In this document: one piece after another, positions 41,977 through 50,796 of the stretch
How the letters are laid out: every line of letters begins with the position of its first letter
Position numbering within the stretch: position 1 is the stretch's first letter
Virus record (IMG/VR): IMGVR_UViG_3300023109_001645
Length of the DNA: 57,670 nucleotides
From: an uncultured virus (IMG/VR IMGVR_UViG_3300023109_001645)
Lineage: Duplodnaviria; Heunggongvirae; Uroviricota; Caudoviricetes
Strand: one strand, 5' to 3'
Program-made: the position numbers and the translations under genes
The notes under the pieces: generated by a model
Told to the model about the DNA's origin: nothing
Database searches by the model: none
Seen by the model: only the letters and a program-made list of their open reading frames with translations

Positions 41977-42952
41977 CTTTCAGCAAATTCCGTGGGATAA
42001 CATTACAAAATTTGGGCAGCAAACTCTATTAGATACCAATCTCTTTACAGTATCATGGATACTTGCTAGATTTTGCAACTATAATTGTAGTTATTGTTGG
42101 CCTTATGCTAGAAGTAGCACTCCTGACCATCAAAAATTAGAAGTCTATTTAAAAACATTAAACAATATTAAACAGCAAGCTCGAGACAACGGATTTACTG
42201 ATTTTCATTTTAGTTTTAGCGGAGGCGAACCAACTGCTTATAAATACTTTGGGGAGATTATAGATCATTACTGTAGGGATACAGCACCCGAGTACCAAAG
42301 CATCCACATGACGACCAATCTTAGCCCAGGCAGCAAATGGTGGAGTCGATGGTTAGAATCAACTAGTACTTTACAACGTAAAAGTATTACAGCAAGCTAT
42401 CATGCAGAGTTTGCAGATGAACAAGAGTTTGGAGATAAATGTCTCCAATTAATAGAAGGAGGAGTATATGTTACGATCAATCAAGTTATGGTTCCTGAAA
42501 TGTTTCAAGAGCTTTACGAACGCTTGGAACGATTTGCCGCCAGAGGTATTAACGTCACTCTCAAGCCCCAGTCCGATCCAACCGCCTCCCACGTGGTACA
42601 TGGATACACTGAAAGCCAGATCACAACAATGCGACAAGGATTTCCTCAGCACTGGAACGGAGAGCAAATCGCCCAAATCGCACTCTATGACGATAAAGGA
42701 ATAAAATACGAATTAGATCAAGCAGAACGCTTTAATGCGTTTGGATTTAACAAGTTCAAAGGATGGACTTGCAACGCAGGCTATCAGGGATGTGTTATCC
42801 GCGAAAATGAAGTTAGACGTAGCTATAGTTGCCATGACGAACCGTTAGGTACATTAGATGACGGTTTTAAATTGTTTAAAACACCAAAGAAATGCGTTAC
42901 ACCTAGTTGTGTAAGCAGTGCAGATAGTAAAATACCTAAGAGGAAATTATGA
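41969..42952 (+). CDS. Radical SAM protein with C-terminal Cys cluster
   Basis: CNYNCSYC and SGGEPT motifs; WTCNAG...C...CVTPSC. Start at 41969 preferred over 41951. Confidence 0.9.
   Translation: MNDFQQIPWDNITKFGQQTLLDTNLFTVSWILARFCNYNCSYCWPYARSSTPDHQKLEVYLKTLNNIKQQARDNGFTDFHFSFSGGEPTAYKYFGEIIDHYCRDTAPEYQSIHMTTNLSPGSKWWSRWLESTSTLQRKSITASYHAEFADEQEFGDKCLQLIEGGVYVTINQVMVPEMFQELYERLERFAARGINVTLKPQSDPTASHVVHGYTESQITTMRQGFPQHWNGEQIAQIALYDDKGIKYELDQAERFNAFGFNKFKGWTCNAGYQGCVIRENEVRRSYSCHDEPLGTLDDGFKLFKTPKKCVTPSCVSSADSKIPKRKL
42239..42246 (+). promoter_or_regulatory. Intragenic perfect T4 late-promoter consensus TATAAATA
   Basis: Exact TATAAATA immediately before a GC-richer, hairpin-rich segment and a nested ORF. 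It could arise by chance in AT-rich DNA. Confidence 0.45.
42468..42704 (+). CDS. Candidate overprinted 78-aa Pro/Ser-rich protein (+1 frame inside the radical SAM gene)
   Basis: AAGGAGG (42456-62) lies 5 nt before the ATG. Host-frame codon usage shifts to C-ending codons with no TTA across the overlap. Confidence 0.55.
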   Translation: MLRSIKLWFLKCFKSFTNAWNDLPPEVLTSLSSPSPIQPPPTWYMDTLKARSQQCDKDFLSTGTESKSPKSHSMTIKE

Positions 42953-43683
42953 AATTTGGAATACTAGGATATGGATATGTAGGAAAGGCTACGCACAGAG
43001 GCTTGCTTAATGATGCAAAAGTTATTGTGCATGATATTACATTTGACACCAAAAGAGAGATTTTAAAAGATGCCGATACAGTATTTGTTTGTATACCAAC
43101 AGCAACGCAAACAGATATCGATACGGTTATTACTGAAATACAACTAATACAAGAATTTAATCCATCTGCAACATTTATAATTCGTAGCACATTGCCATTG
43201 GGCTCATGTGAACGTATACAACAAGAAGTAGGCGATATAATTTATATACCAGAATTTTTACGGGAACGTTATTGGGATACAGATTGTCTTAAACGTCCGT
43301 TGATTGTCGGTAACGATAATAAAGAATTACCGAAATGGTTGTTAGACGAAGAAATTAAAACATGTTCTACAACAGAAGCAGAACTAATAAAAATGTACTC
43401 TAATAACTTTGCTGTAATGCGTATTGCATTTGCAAACGTATTTTATGATTTGTCAGAAAACGTTGGTGCCGATTATAATAAAGTATTAGATATGTATTTG
43501 GATGTACAACAAGATCAAACATACATGGAAGTTCCAGGACATGACGGCACTCGAGGCTTCGGAGGCAAATGTTTGCCTAAAGATTTAGATTTCCTTATTG
43601 AAACACTAGATCAACACAACATTGATCAAAATTGGTTCAAACATATTAGAGAGTTAAATAACGGATGGAAAGAAAAGTTTTAG
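42949..43683 (+). CDS. ugd: UDP-glucose/GDP-mannose dehydrogenase family protein (short form)
   Basis: GYGYVG, RST, PEFLRE, AELIK..SN and GFGGKCLPKD motifs; the C-terminal domain is absent. Confidence 0.85.
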   Translation: MKFGILGYGYVGKATHRGLLNDAKVIVHDITFDTKREILKDADTVFVCIPTATQTDIDTVITEIQLIQEFNPSATFIIRSTLPLGSCERIQQEVGDIIYIPEFLRERYWDTDCLKRPLIVGNDNKELPKWLLDEEIKTCSTTEAELIKMYSNNFAVMRIAFANVFYDLSENVGADYNKVLDMYLDVQQDQTYMEVPGHDGTRGFGGKCLPKDLDFLIETLDQHNIDQNWFKHIRELNNGWKEKF

Positions 43684-44534
43684 TAACTGGATCGCACGGA
43701 TTCATAGGTAGTCACTATTACGACTACTTAAAGCAACAGCAACAGAATGTAACGCCTTATGATATAAAATATGGAGGCGAAGACTTAGCAGATCCAAATA
43801 CTACCAAACATATGCCAAATTTTGATGTTGTTGTACATTTAGCTGCAACTAACGGTACACGATTGTTTTACGAAAATCCTACAGATGTATTAATTAACAA
43901 CACATTGCCTACTATCAATCTTATTCAGCGTTATAAAAACACCAATACAAAGTTTGTGTTTGCAAGCACTTGTGAAATATTTAATGGAGCAATAGATGAA
44001 GGTTACTACCCTATTCCAACTGATGAGCAAGTACCAGTTATGTTTAACGACATTACGAATCCACGTTGGAGTTATAGCATACCAAAAGCACTAGGCGAAA
44101 ACCTAGTTGCTAATAGCGGACTAGAATATCTTATTATACGGTACTTCAATGTGTATGGTCCAGGACAAGTAGATCACTTTATAAATGAGTTTGTAGAACG
44201 TTGTAAACAAGGTGAGTATTACATCAACGGCGACGATACTCGTAGCTTCTGCTATGTAGACGATGCTGTACGTATGACAGATATGCTTGTACGCAATCAC
44301 AGCAACTTAACTGTAAACGTTGGCACCCAAGAAGAAATCAAAATTAGTGTAGTAGCAAAACTAATAATGGGCATTATGAATATCAATCCTGACAAACTTG
44401 AAATACGTCCTAGTCCTGTTGGTAGTGCAAAACGCCGTTGTCCGAATACGACTCTTGTTAGATCCTTAACAGAGTTTACAGATTATACACCGTTAATAGT
44501 TGGATTAAGAAAAACTGTAGAGAGTCTGCTATGA
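43665..44534 (+). CDS. Extended SDR, UDP-glucuronate decarboxylase/epimerase-like
   Basis: TGSHGFIG, ASTCE, PRWSYSIPK, RYFNVYGP and TRSFCYVDD motifs. Confidence 0.8.
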   Translation: MERKVLVTGSHGFIGSHYYDYLKQQQQNVTPYDIKYGGEDLADPNTTKHMPNFDVVVHLAATNGTRLFYENPTDVLINNTLPTINLIQRYKNTNTKFVFASTCEIFNGAIDEGYYPIPTDEQVPVMFNDITNPRWSYSIPKALGENLVANSGLEYLIIRYFNVYGPGQVDHFINEFVERCKQGEYYINGDDTRSFCYVDDAVRMTDMLVRNHSNLTVNVGTQEEIKISVVAKLIMGIMNINPDKLEIRPSPVGSAKRRCPNTTLVRSLTEFTDYTPLIVGLRKTVESLL

Positions 44535-45136
44535 AAGTTAACATACAAGACGTATTATTTTGGATGGACGCTATCCGTAACAGTGATGATCGCTATCGCA
44601 CACTTGAAAGTTTTTGGAAAGGGCAAGTAAACAGTAAAGTATGGCTAACTGAACAGTTACCCGGTTTTGTACCTGTTAGACCGTTAAATATTGTTATATA
44701 TGGTGGTTGGAACGGTGTGCTGGCAAGTATACTCTTTAACTCTAACATAGCTGTACAGAGCATTACAAGCGTTGACATAGACCCTGTGTGCGAAGATATA
44801 GCAACAACAGTAAACAAGCGTTACGAAATACAAGGCAAATTTAGTGCTGTAACAGCAGATATGTGTGAATACACCACTGACGCTGATGTAGTTATAAACA
44901 CCAGCTGTGAGCATATTACACAACAACAGTATGACAAATGGCTTTCCAATCAACCAGATGCTGCTACATTTGTATTACAAAGCAATAACTATTTTGAATT
45001 AGACGAACATATTAGATGTAGTACAGACTTAGATGACTTTGTGCATATGAGCAATATTAATTCTTACCTACGCAAAACATTAGAAACACCTAAATATGAA
45101 CGTTATATGATTATCGGAAAAAAGAAAAATGTCTAA
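44531..45136 (+). CDS. Class I SAM-dependent methyltransferase
   Basis: IYGGWNG motif I, SVDID and INTSCEH. Confidence 0.75.
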   Translation: MKVNIQDVLFWMDAIRNSDDRYRTLESFWKGQVNSKVWLTEQLPGFVPVRPLNIVIYGGWNGVLASILFNSNIAVQSITSVDIDPVCEDIATTVNKRYEIQGKFSAVTADMCEYTTDADVVINTSCEHITQQQYDKWLSNQPDAATFVLQSNNYFELDEHIRCSTDLDDFVHMSNINSYLRKTLETPKYERYMIIGKKKNV

Positions 45137-46535
45137 ATATTGGTACGCAAAAGATGATACAAGACTCGGTAAGTTCCAAAGACAATTGGAGTCTAAATCG
45201 AGTTGTACATTTTGTGTATTACCTTGGATACATTTAGCAACCCGTCCTAACGGTGATATGCGCTTATGCTGTACTGCTAACGCCAGTGGAGCCGGCGACA
45301 ATCACACAGTCGGGTTAATTAAAAACAAAGACGGTAGTCATGCTAACTTTGGTAAAGTAACTCCTATGGAAGCATGGAACAGTGACTTTATGAAAAATGT
45401 TCGTAATACTATGCTTGCTGGAGAAATACCAGCAAGTTGTACAGGTTGTTTTGATGAAGAATCACAAGGTATCGTTAGTAAGCGCATATGGGAATCTGCT
45501 ACTTGGTTAAATGACGAAGGAGTTGATGTTGAAGAACTTATTTCCCAAACTCAAGAAGATGGCACAGTTCCTGAACAGTTACAATATTTAGATTTAAGAT
45601 TAGGACACACTTGTAATATTAAGTGTGTAATGTGTAGTCCGCATGATTCGAGCAAATGGGTAGCAGACTGGAAGAAACTTGTTCCGCAGTTAGAAGACGA
45701 ATCTGTAAAACAACAGCTAACCTGGGACAAAAAACAGTTTAACAACAAATGGCACGAACGCAAAGAATTTTGGGATGAGCTTTATGCACAAGTTCCAAAT
45801 TTAAAACAAGTATATTTTGCTGGCGGCGAGCCACTAATGATCAAAGAACACAAAACGTTCTTGGAAGAAATTGTTAGACAGGGTTACGAGCAGAATATAT
45901 TATTACGTTACAATTCAAATGGAATACTTGTTGACAAAGAACTAATTGAACTTTGGAGTAAATTTAAAAAAGTTAAGTTTGCTATTAGTATTGATTCCTA
46001 TCAAGAACGTGATGAATACATTCGATATCCAACTAAGTTTACCGAAGTTGAAAGCACACTAAGACTATTAGATGACACACCAGATAATATACACATTAGT
46101 ATAGCAACTGCTGTGCAGATTTTTAATATAAAAACTATTCCAAATTTTATTAAATGGAAAGTAAACAGTAATTTCAAAAAAGTAAATGTAGGACTTATTG
46201 ATGGAAACATAATGGGAGGCGGCTTGGTAAATGCGCACCTTGTACATATTCCAACATTTCTTAATATTACAATATTACCAGAAGCTGACAAGCAAGAAGT
46301 GCGTGAAAGATTTGCAGAACTTAAAGATTGGCTTTGGAATAACTTCACACAAGACGACGAATTTTGGATACACAATCCTAAAGGATGGCGACAATGGGAA
46401 GGCTTGTTAAAGCATATGGACAGTCGCGACAATAGTCATTTATTATCTGGTTTCAAAGAGTACGTAAACAAACTAGATGCTATTCGCGGATTAAACGCAG
46501 CAGCAGTATTTCCAGAATTGGCACATTTACTATGA
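45129..46535 (+). CDS. Radical SAM protein with N-terminal twitch domain
   Basis: CVLPW...NGDMRLCC...CTGC followed by CNIKCVMC and AGGEPL. Confidence 0.9.
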   Translation: MSKYWYAKDDTRLGKFQRQLESKSSCTFCVLPWIHLATRPNGDMRLCCTANASGAGDNHTVGLIKNKDGSHANFGKVTPMEAWNSDFMKNVRNTMLAGEIPASCTGCFDEESQGIVSKRIWESATWLNDEGVDVEELISQTQEDGTVPEQLQYLDLRLGHTCNIKCVMCSPHDSSKWVADWKKLVPQLEDESVKQQLTWDKKQFNNKWHERKEFWDELYAQVPNLKQVYFAGGEPLMIKEHKTFLEEIVRQGYEQNILLRYNSNGILVDKELIELWSKFKKVKFAISIDSYQERDEYIRYPTKFTEVESTLRLLDDTPDNIHISIATAVQIFNIKTIPNFIKWKVNSNFKKVNVGLIDGNIMGGGLVNAHLVHIPTFLNITILPEADKQEVRERFAELKDWLWNNFTQDDEFWIHNPKGWRQWEGLLKHMDSRDNSHLLSGFKEYVNKLDAIRGLNAAAVFPELAHLL

Positions 46536-47521
46536 CAGATCTTTTAAAAATTATTAATACACAAGAGCAAGACTATATTACAATAACATATTTTCCAACT
46601 GACATATGTAATTTTGATTGTTCTTATTGTTTTCCAGGAAGTCACCCTGGAAAATTTAGATACAGAGATGACGTTAATTTTGTAATAGATAACTTTCGAA
46701 CATTATTTAATTTTTATAAAAATAAATTTAATAAAACAAAAATCTATTTAGAAATAGCCGGAGGCGGAGAACCTACGTTTTGGCCGCATCTAGTAAAATT
46801 TTGCACCGAAATAAAAAAAGAACACGATGCTTATATACAATTAACGTGCAATGGTTCTCGCACAGTACGATGGTGGAAAACTATAATTCCTTATATAGAC
46901 GAAGTTTTACTAAGTTATCACAATGAGTATACAAATATAGAACATTATATAGAAGTTGCAGATCTTATTTGGGAAAATGATAAGAAAGTTAATGCTATGG
47001 TATTGATGGATGCTCTTAAATGGGATAAGTGTGTAGCTGATATAGAAACAATGAAAAAAAGTAAGTATAGTTGGTTTATAAATGCAAAAGAAGTAGTTAC
47101 TGCACCCGGACATGATGTTGAATCTTATTCTGAAGAACAGTTAAAATTTTTAGATCAACCAATAAAACGATTGCCTACTTCTGATTATATCCTAAAGAAT
47201 CTCAAAGATTACAGAATCGTAGAAAGTATAGCAATGTATCCAGATGATAAAATAGTGCCTGCAAATGCAAACTATTATCTTGTAAATAAATTAAATTACT
47301 TTACAGGCTGGAAGTGCAATGTTGTGTCAGAAAAAATTACAATATTTCCGTCAGGTAAAATTACGGGATCGTGTAATGTCAAGTTTAATGCAGATTTAAA
47401 TTTATATTCAGAAGAGTTATCTAACGATTTGAAAAGTATAGATATGCCTTATATTATTTGTGATAGAGATTGTTGTGCCTGTCAAAGCGACACACATATT
47501 ACGAAGTGGCAATCTTTGTAA
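46532..47521 (+). CDS. Radical SAM protein with C-terminal Cys cluster
   Basis: CNFDCSYC and GGEPT motifs; GWKC...GSC...CDRDCCAC. Confidence 0.9.
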   Translation: MTDLLKIINTQEQDYITITYFPTDICNFDCSYCFPGSHPGKFRYRDDVNFVIDNFRTLFNFYKNKFNKTKIYLEIAGGGEPTFWPHLVKFCTEIKKEHDAYIQLTCNGSRTVRWWKTIIPYIDEVLLSYHNEYTNIEHYIEVADLIWENDKKVNAMVLMDALKWDKCVADIETMKKSKYSWFINAKEVVTAPGHDVESYSEEQLKFLDQPIKRLPTSDYILKNLKDYRIVESIAMYPDDKIVPANANYYLVNKLNYFTGWKCNVVSEKITIFPSGKITGSCNVKFNADLNLYSEELSNDLKSIDMPYIICDRDCCACQSDTHITKWQSL

Positions 47522-47543
47522 GAGGAATATCAGCAGCACACTT
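47499..47543 (-). pseudogene. Orphaned 3' end of the radical SAM gene at 48630-49538
   Basis: The minus strand reads KCAADIPLTKIATS*, versus TCVADIPLTKVSVK* in the intact gene. Confidence 0.7.
47514..47540. repeat. 27-bp imperfect direct repeat, copy 1
   Basis: ctttgtaagaggaatatcagcagcaca; 24/27 identical to 48645-48671. Confidence 0.85.
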
Positions 47544-47544
47544 G

Positions 47545-48633
47545 TTATGAATGTCCTGCATCTGCTTTAAGAGAAAAATTAATTCTAATATTTTTAATTT
47601 CTCTTCTCAACACACTTACTAAATTTTCCTGTGCTAGCAATCTGTGCTTTAAGGAATATTTTGCAGCAGTGCCTTCATAGCAAAAAATATTTGATAGGTT
47701 AATAAGTGTTTTTAGATTAGGATCAATATAGTCTACAATAGATAACTCGTTGAGTAAGTCTGTGTATACAAATATATATTCAACACCGTCTTTGCGAGGA
47801 CAATTCTCTTGCCAGTAATCTAATGCACGTTGATTGTAGTCGTAAAATATCACACGGCCCTGGTCAACTAAGTCTAGGTATAACGTTCCACTTGCTGGTA
47901 TTACTAGTTGCTGGTATGTTTCATTGATACCAGTAGTCCATTCGGTATTATCGATATGTACATATTCTTCCTTGCAGTAATTAAACTTATGTTCTATATA
48001 TTCTGCATGTATATAATAGTCTTGTTCGCTTTCTGGATAGTAATGTTTTTTATTATTTCTAATAGACTCGTTGAATACAATAACTGGAAAATTATTTTCA
48101 AATGCCAGTCGTAAAACGTTCCATCCATGACACCGATTTGCATAACCCACCTTACGTGTTCCTGTTGTTACAGATTTGGGTGTGTAATCGTCATGCCAGT
48201 TTTCTAAACTACGGATAGGTTCTGTCTGAGTATGTGACACATGTTTTTCAAAAACACCTACTGTAGGGCACTGTAGACGCTTGTAATACTCCATATTAAC
48301 TACATAGCATTGATGATGTAGTTCGTAGTAAGCATCATACATTGTTCTATCTAACACATGCCCTGCTATAAAAAAGTCTTTGGTTACAAGTTCTTCTAGT
48401 GCTGTAAAGAACGCACTGCCGTTGATATATTCTGTACCCGGACTCATTACAACTGCATAATCATATTGACAAACTTCTTTCAATACATTGTCTGCGTTTT
48501 TATTTACAAATACATCATAACCTTTAGTTTGTAGATTTGATATTGTAAAGTCGCAAATGTTGTTGATAGTGGTTTGGATTTCTTCGTTAGCATAAGAATC
48601 GATATCATCTATAATACAAAATGCAATTTTCAC
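47545..48633 (-). CDS. Hypothetical protein, possible GT-A-like N-terminus and Rossmann-like C-terminus
   Basis: GTG start overlapping the upstream TGA (GTGA); motifs AGHVLDR..YYELHHQCYVVN and FYDYN..ALD...NLSNIF. The fold call is tentative. Confidence 0.55.
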   Translation of the reverse strand: MKIAFCIIDDIDSYANEEIQTTINNICDFTISNLQTKGYDVFVNKNADNVLKEVCQYDYAVVMSPGTEYINGSAFFTALEELVTKDFFIAGHVLDRTMYDAYYELHHQCYVVNMEYYKRLQCPTVGVFEKHVSHTQTEPIRSLENWHDDYTPKSVTTGTRKVGYANRCHGWNVLRLAFENNFPVIVFNESIRNNKKHYYPESEQDYYIHAEYIEHKFNYCKEEYVHIDNTEWTTGINETYQQLVIPASGTLYLDLVDQGRVIFYDYNQRALDYWQENCPRKDGVEYIFVYTDLLNELSIVDYIDPNLKTLINLSNIFCYEGTAAKYSLKHRLLAQENLVSVLRREIKNIRINFSLKADAGHS

Positions 48634-49538
48634 TTTACTGATACCTTTGTGAGAGGAATATCTGCAACACAAGTACAAAATTTACGTGTGCATATAATTT
48701 CTTGTTTAGGTGATTCAAATGTGCCGTTGTATATGTTGCCTAAACTACCGCCTACTCTACACGTAGCACGATGTACTTCACCGTCCCAGTTGATCATTAA
48801 ACTTTCAAGCCCAGCAGCACAACTCCAACCTTCAAATTGATTTAGTTTATGTTTAATAATATCATTAGCATGCATCATATCTTTTTCGTCTATAACACAA
48901 TTAGCTTTTACAGTAGAAGTTTTGCTTAGAATCCATTCTAAATCTTTTTCTTTATACTTCATATCATCAAACCAATCACGGTCATCTGCTTCCGTCCATC
49001 TTATACGTCTACACACATAAGGAATGTTATGACCTTCTAATAAATTTGCCGCAGCCCGAACATTGTCCATATACTTATGATGTGCCATTAGATTAACTTG
49101 GAATAATGTAGCCATTCCTTCCATCTCTAGAAGTTGTGCATACTTAACAACATTTTCAGCAGCACGTTGTGCATGCTCGTTATCAAAATGCAAACTGAAC
49201 ACCCATTGATTTACAGGCTGTCTAATATACCAATCACTAGAACGCAATCCGTTGGTTGTAACACTAATCCAGTCTAAACGTCTACGTGCGCAACTTAGTA
49301 TATCATTAATCTTAGGATGCACCGTGGGCTCGCCGCCTGTTAAACTTAGACGTATAGGTTTGTTAAATTTTTCTAATTCGTAAATAGTATTAATCATAAC
49401 GTCTAAGTCAGTGTGTGGACTAAAGTTATCGTGTATTTCTGCAGGGCAATATGCACAATCTAAATTACAGCGTTTACCAATATTCCACTCAACATGAATA
49501 CTAGTATGATGTCCCCAACGACTTTCTACTTTAAACAT
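48630..49538 (-). CDS. Radical SAM protein with C-terminal Cys cluster
   Basis: CNLDCAYC and TGGEPT motifs; GWSCAAG...RATC...CTRKFCTC. ATG at 49538 preferred. Confidence 0.9.
   Translation of the reverse strand: MFKVESRWGHHTSIHVEWNIGKRCNLDCAYCPAEIHDNFSPHTDLDVMINTIYELEKFNKPIRLSLTGGEPTVHPKINDILSCARRRLDWISVTTNGLRSSDWYIRQPVNQWVFSLHFDNEHAQRAAENVVKYAQLLEMEGMATLFQVNLMAHHKYMDNVRAAANLLEGHNIPYVCRRIRWTEADDRDWFDDMKYKEKDLEWILSKTSTVKANCVIDEKDMMHANDIIKHKLNQFEGWSCAAGLESLMINWDGEVHRATCRVGGSLGNIYNGTFESPKQEIICTRKFCTCVADIPLTKVSVK
48645..48671. repeat. 27-bp imperfect direct repeat, copy 2
   Basis: ctttgtgagaggaatatctgcaacaca; encodes CVADIPLTK on the minus strand. Confidence 0.85.
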
Positions 49539-50796
49539 ATGGTGTAAACTCTGGATTAGCTGCAAGAAAGTCTTGCCCGCGAGTTTTATCTAACCGCTTG
49601 TTAAACTCTATACAGTCTTGCCAATGTGATTTATACATGCATTTTGCTTGTAAGAAATTTATATTGTCTTGTATTTGCTGTAGTGTAACTTTTTTAAGCA
49701 ATTCATTTTCTTGTACTAGTGAATATGTTAGTACAGTTTCTTTCATTGCTTCGAGTTTAGTAATAACTTGTTGTTTTAATTCTGGAGGCAAAACTTGTGC
49801 AGATAATGCCATTGGATAGTTTACTCTGTGCGAATAAAATATAATACCCATGTCTTGTAAAAAGTATTCAATAACTTTATCTATTTGCATAATATTGTTT
49901 GCTTGTACAGTAAACGCACCTACAACCCTGCTTACATTAGGAAAGCTCTTAAATATTTTTACATTTTCTTCTATTTCAGCAAACTTGCCGTTGCCTCTAA
50001 TGTACTCGTAAATGTCGTGTACACCGTCTATGCTTACGTTTACTGCTACACTTTTAAACTTAGGCCAATAGTCGTGTATAGTACGTCCGCCTTTGATACC
50101 TAGTGTAGTGCCGTTTGTAGCATACTTAATTTCGATGTTGTCACCATACTCTGCAAGTTTGTCTAGTATTTTGTAGTGATATGGATCCATTAACGGCTCG
50201 CCACCTGCAAACTCTACACGTCTAAAGTAAGGTAACAGTTTTTCAAATGACGTCCACCAGTTGTCTGAATTATCGAACGGTCCAATATACTGACCTGGTT
50301 TGTTTACTAGTTTGTCCACAATTGGTATTAGTATGTTATTTTCTTTTTTGTAGAACTCCGTGACCTCGCCCCAATCTTTCCAGCTTGTGCTGTCTAATGG
50401 ATTACACATACGACACTTTAAATTACACAAGTTATTGAGCTTAATCTCCATAGTAGGTAATTCAAACGGCATTGTGTAATCTTCTTCTAGTGCGTCTAGT
50501 GCATTAGGGTACAAGTTTATACGTGCTTCGGGTATTACACCTTCTACATGTCGTTGCCGTAAGCTTTGAACACCTTGATCTTCCAAGTCAAAACACGGCT
50601 TACAAACATCAGGACGCTCGTCATTTAGTACTTGTCTGCGCACTTCACGCATGGCATCACCATTCCAAACTTCTTCTAAAGTTTGATCTTGTATAAAGCC
50701 AATTGGCGCACTGCGACAACATACTTTAATAGCACCATCTTCCCTAGTAGCCAATCCAGTAAACGGATGCATACAAAACGTACAACTTTTAGACAT
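49531..50796 (-). CDS. Radical SAM protein with N-terminal twitch domain
   Basis: CMHPF...DGAIKVCC...CKPC followed by CNLKCRMC and AGGEPL. Confidence 0.9.
   Translation of the reverse strand: MSKSCTFCMHPFTGLATREDGAIKVCCRSAPIGFIQDQTLEEVWNGDAMREVRRQVLNDERPDVCKPCFDLEDQGVQSLRQRHVEGVIPEARINLYPNALDALEEDYTMPFELPTMEIKLNNLCNLKCRMCNPLDSTSWKDWGEVTEFYKKENNILIPIVDKLVNKPGQYIGPFDNSDNWWTSFEKLLPYFRRVEFAGGEPLMDPYHYKILDKLAEYGDNIEIKYATNGTTLGIKGGRTIHDYWPKFKSVAVNVSIDGVHDIYEYIRGNGKFAEIEENVKIFKSFPNVSRVVGAFTVQANNIMQIDKVIEYFLQDMGIIFYSHRVNYPMALSAQVLPPELKQQVITKLEAMKETVLTYSLVQENELLKKVTLQQIQDNINFLQAKCMYKSHWQDCIEFNKRLDKTRGQDFLAANPEFTPYV

Noticed and set aside
42439..42498. 19-codon ORF MSPINRRRSICYDQSSYGS with GGAG upstream
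   Set aside because: It is very short and its start is buried in the 42429-48 hairpin. It cannot be separated from chance, though it could be a regulatory uORF.
43996..44094. 32-codon +1-frame ORF (MKVTTLFQLMSK...) with GGAG upstream, inside the SDR gene
   Set aside because: The SD and ATG follow naturally from the host residues G-A-I-D-E, and there is no clear codon or GC anomaly or distinctive peptide character.
46001..46432. 143-aa antisense ORF, and the many 60-110 aa antisense or alternate-frame ORFs in the track
   Set aside because: These are shadows of strongly coding genes, with no RBS, motif or compositional support that I could see.
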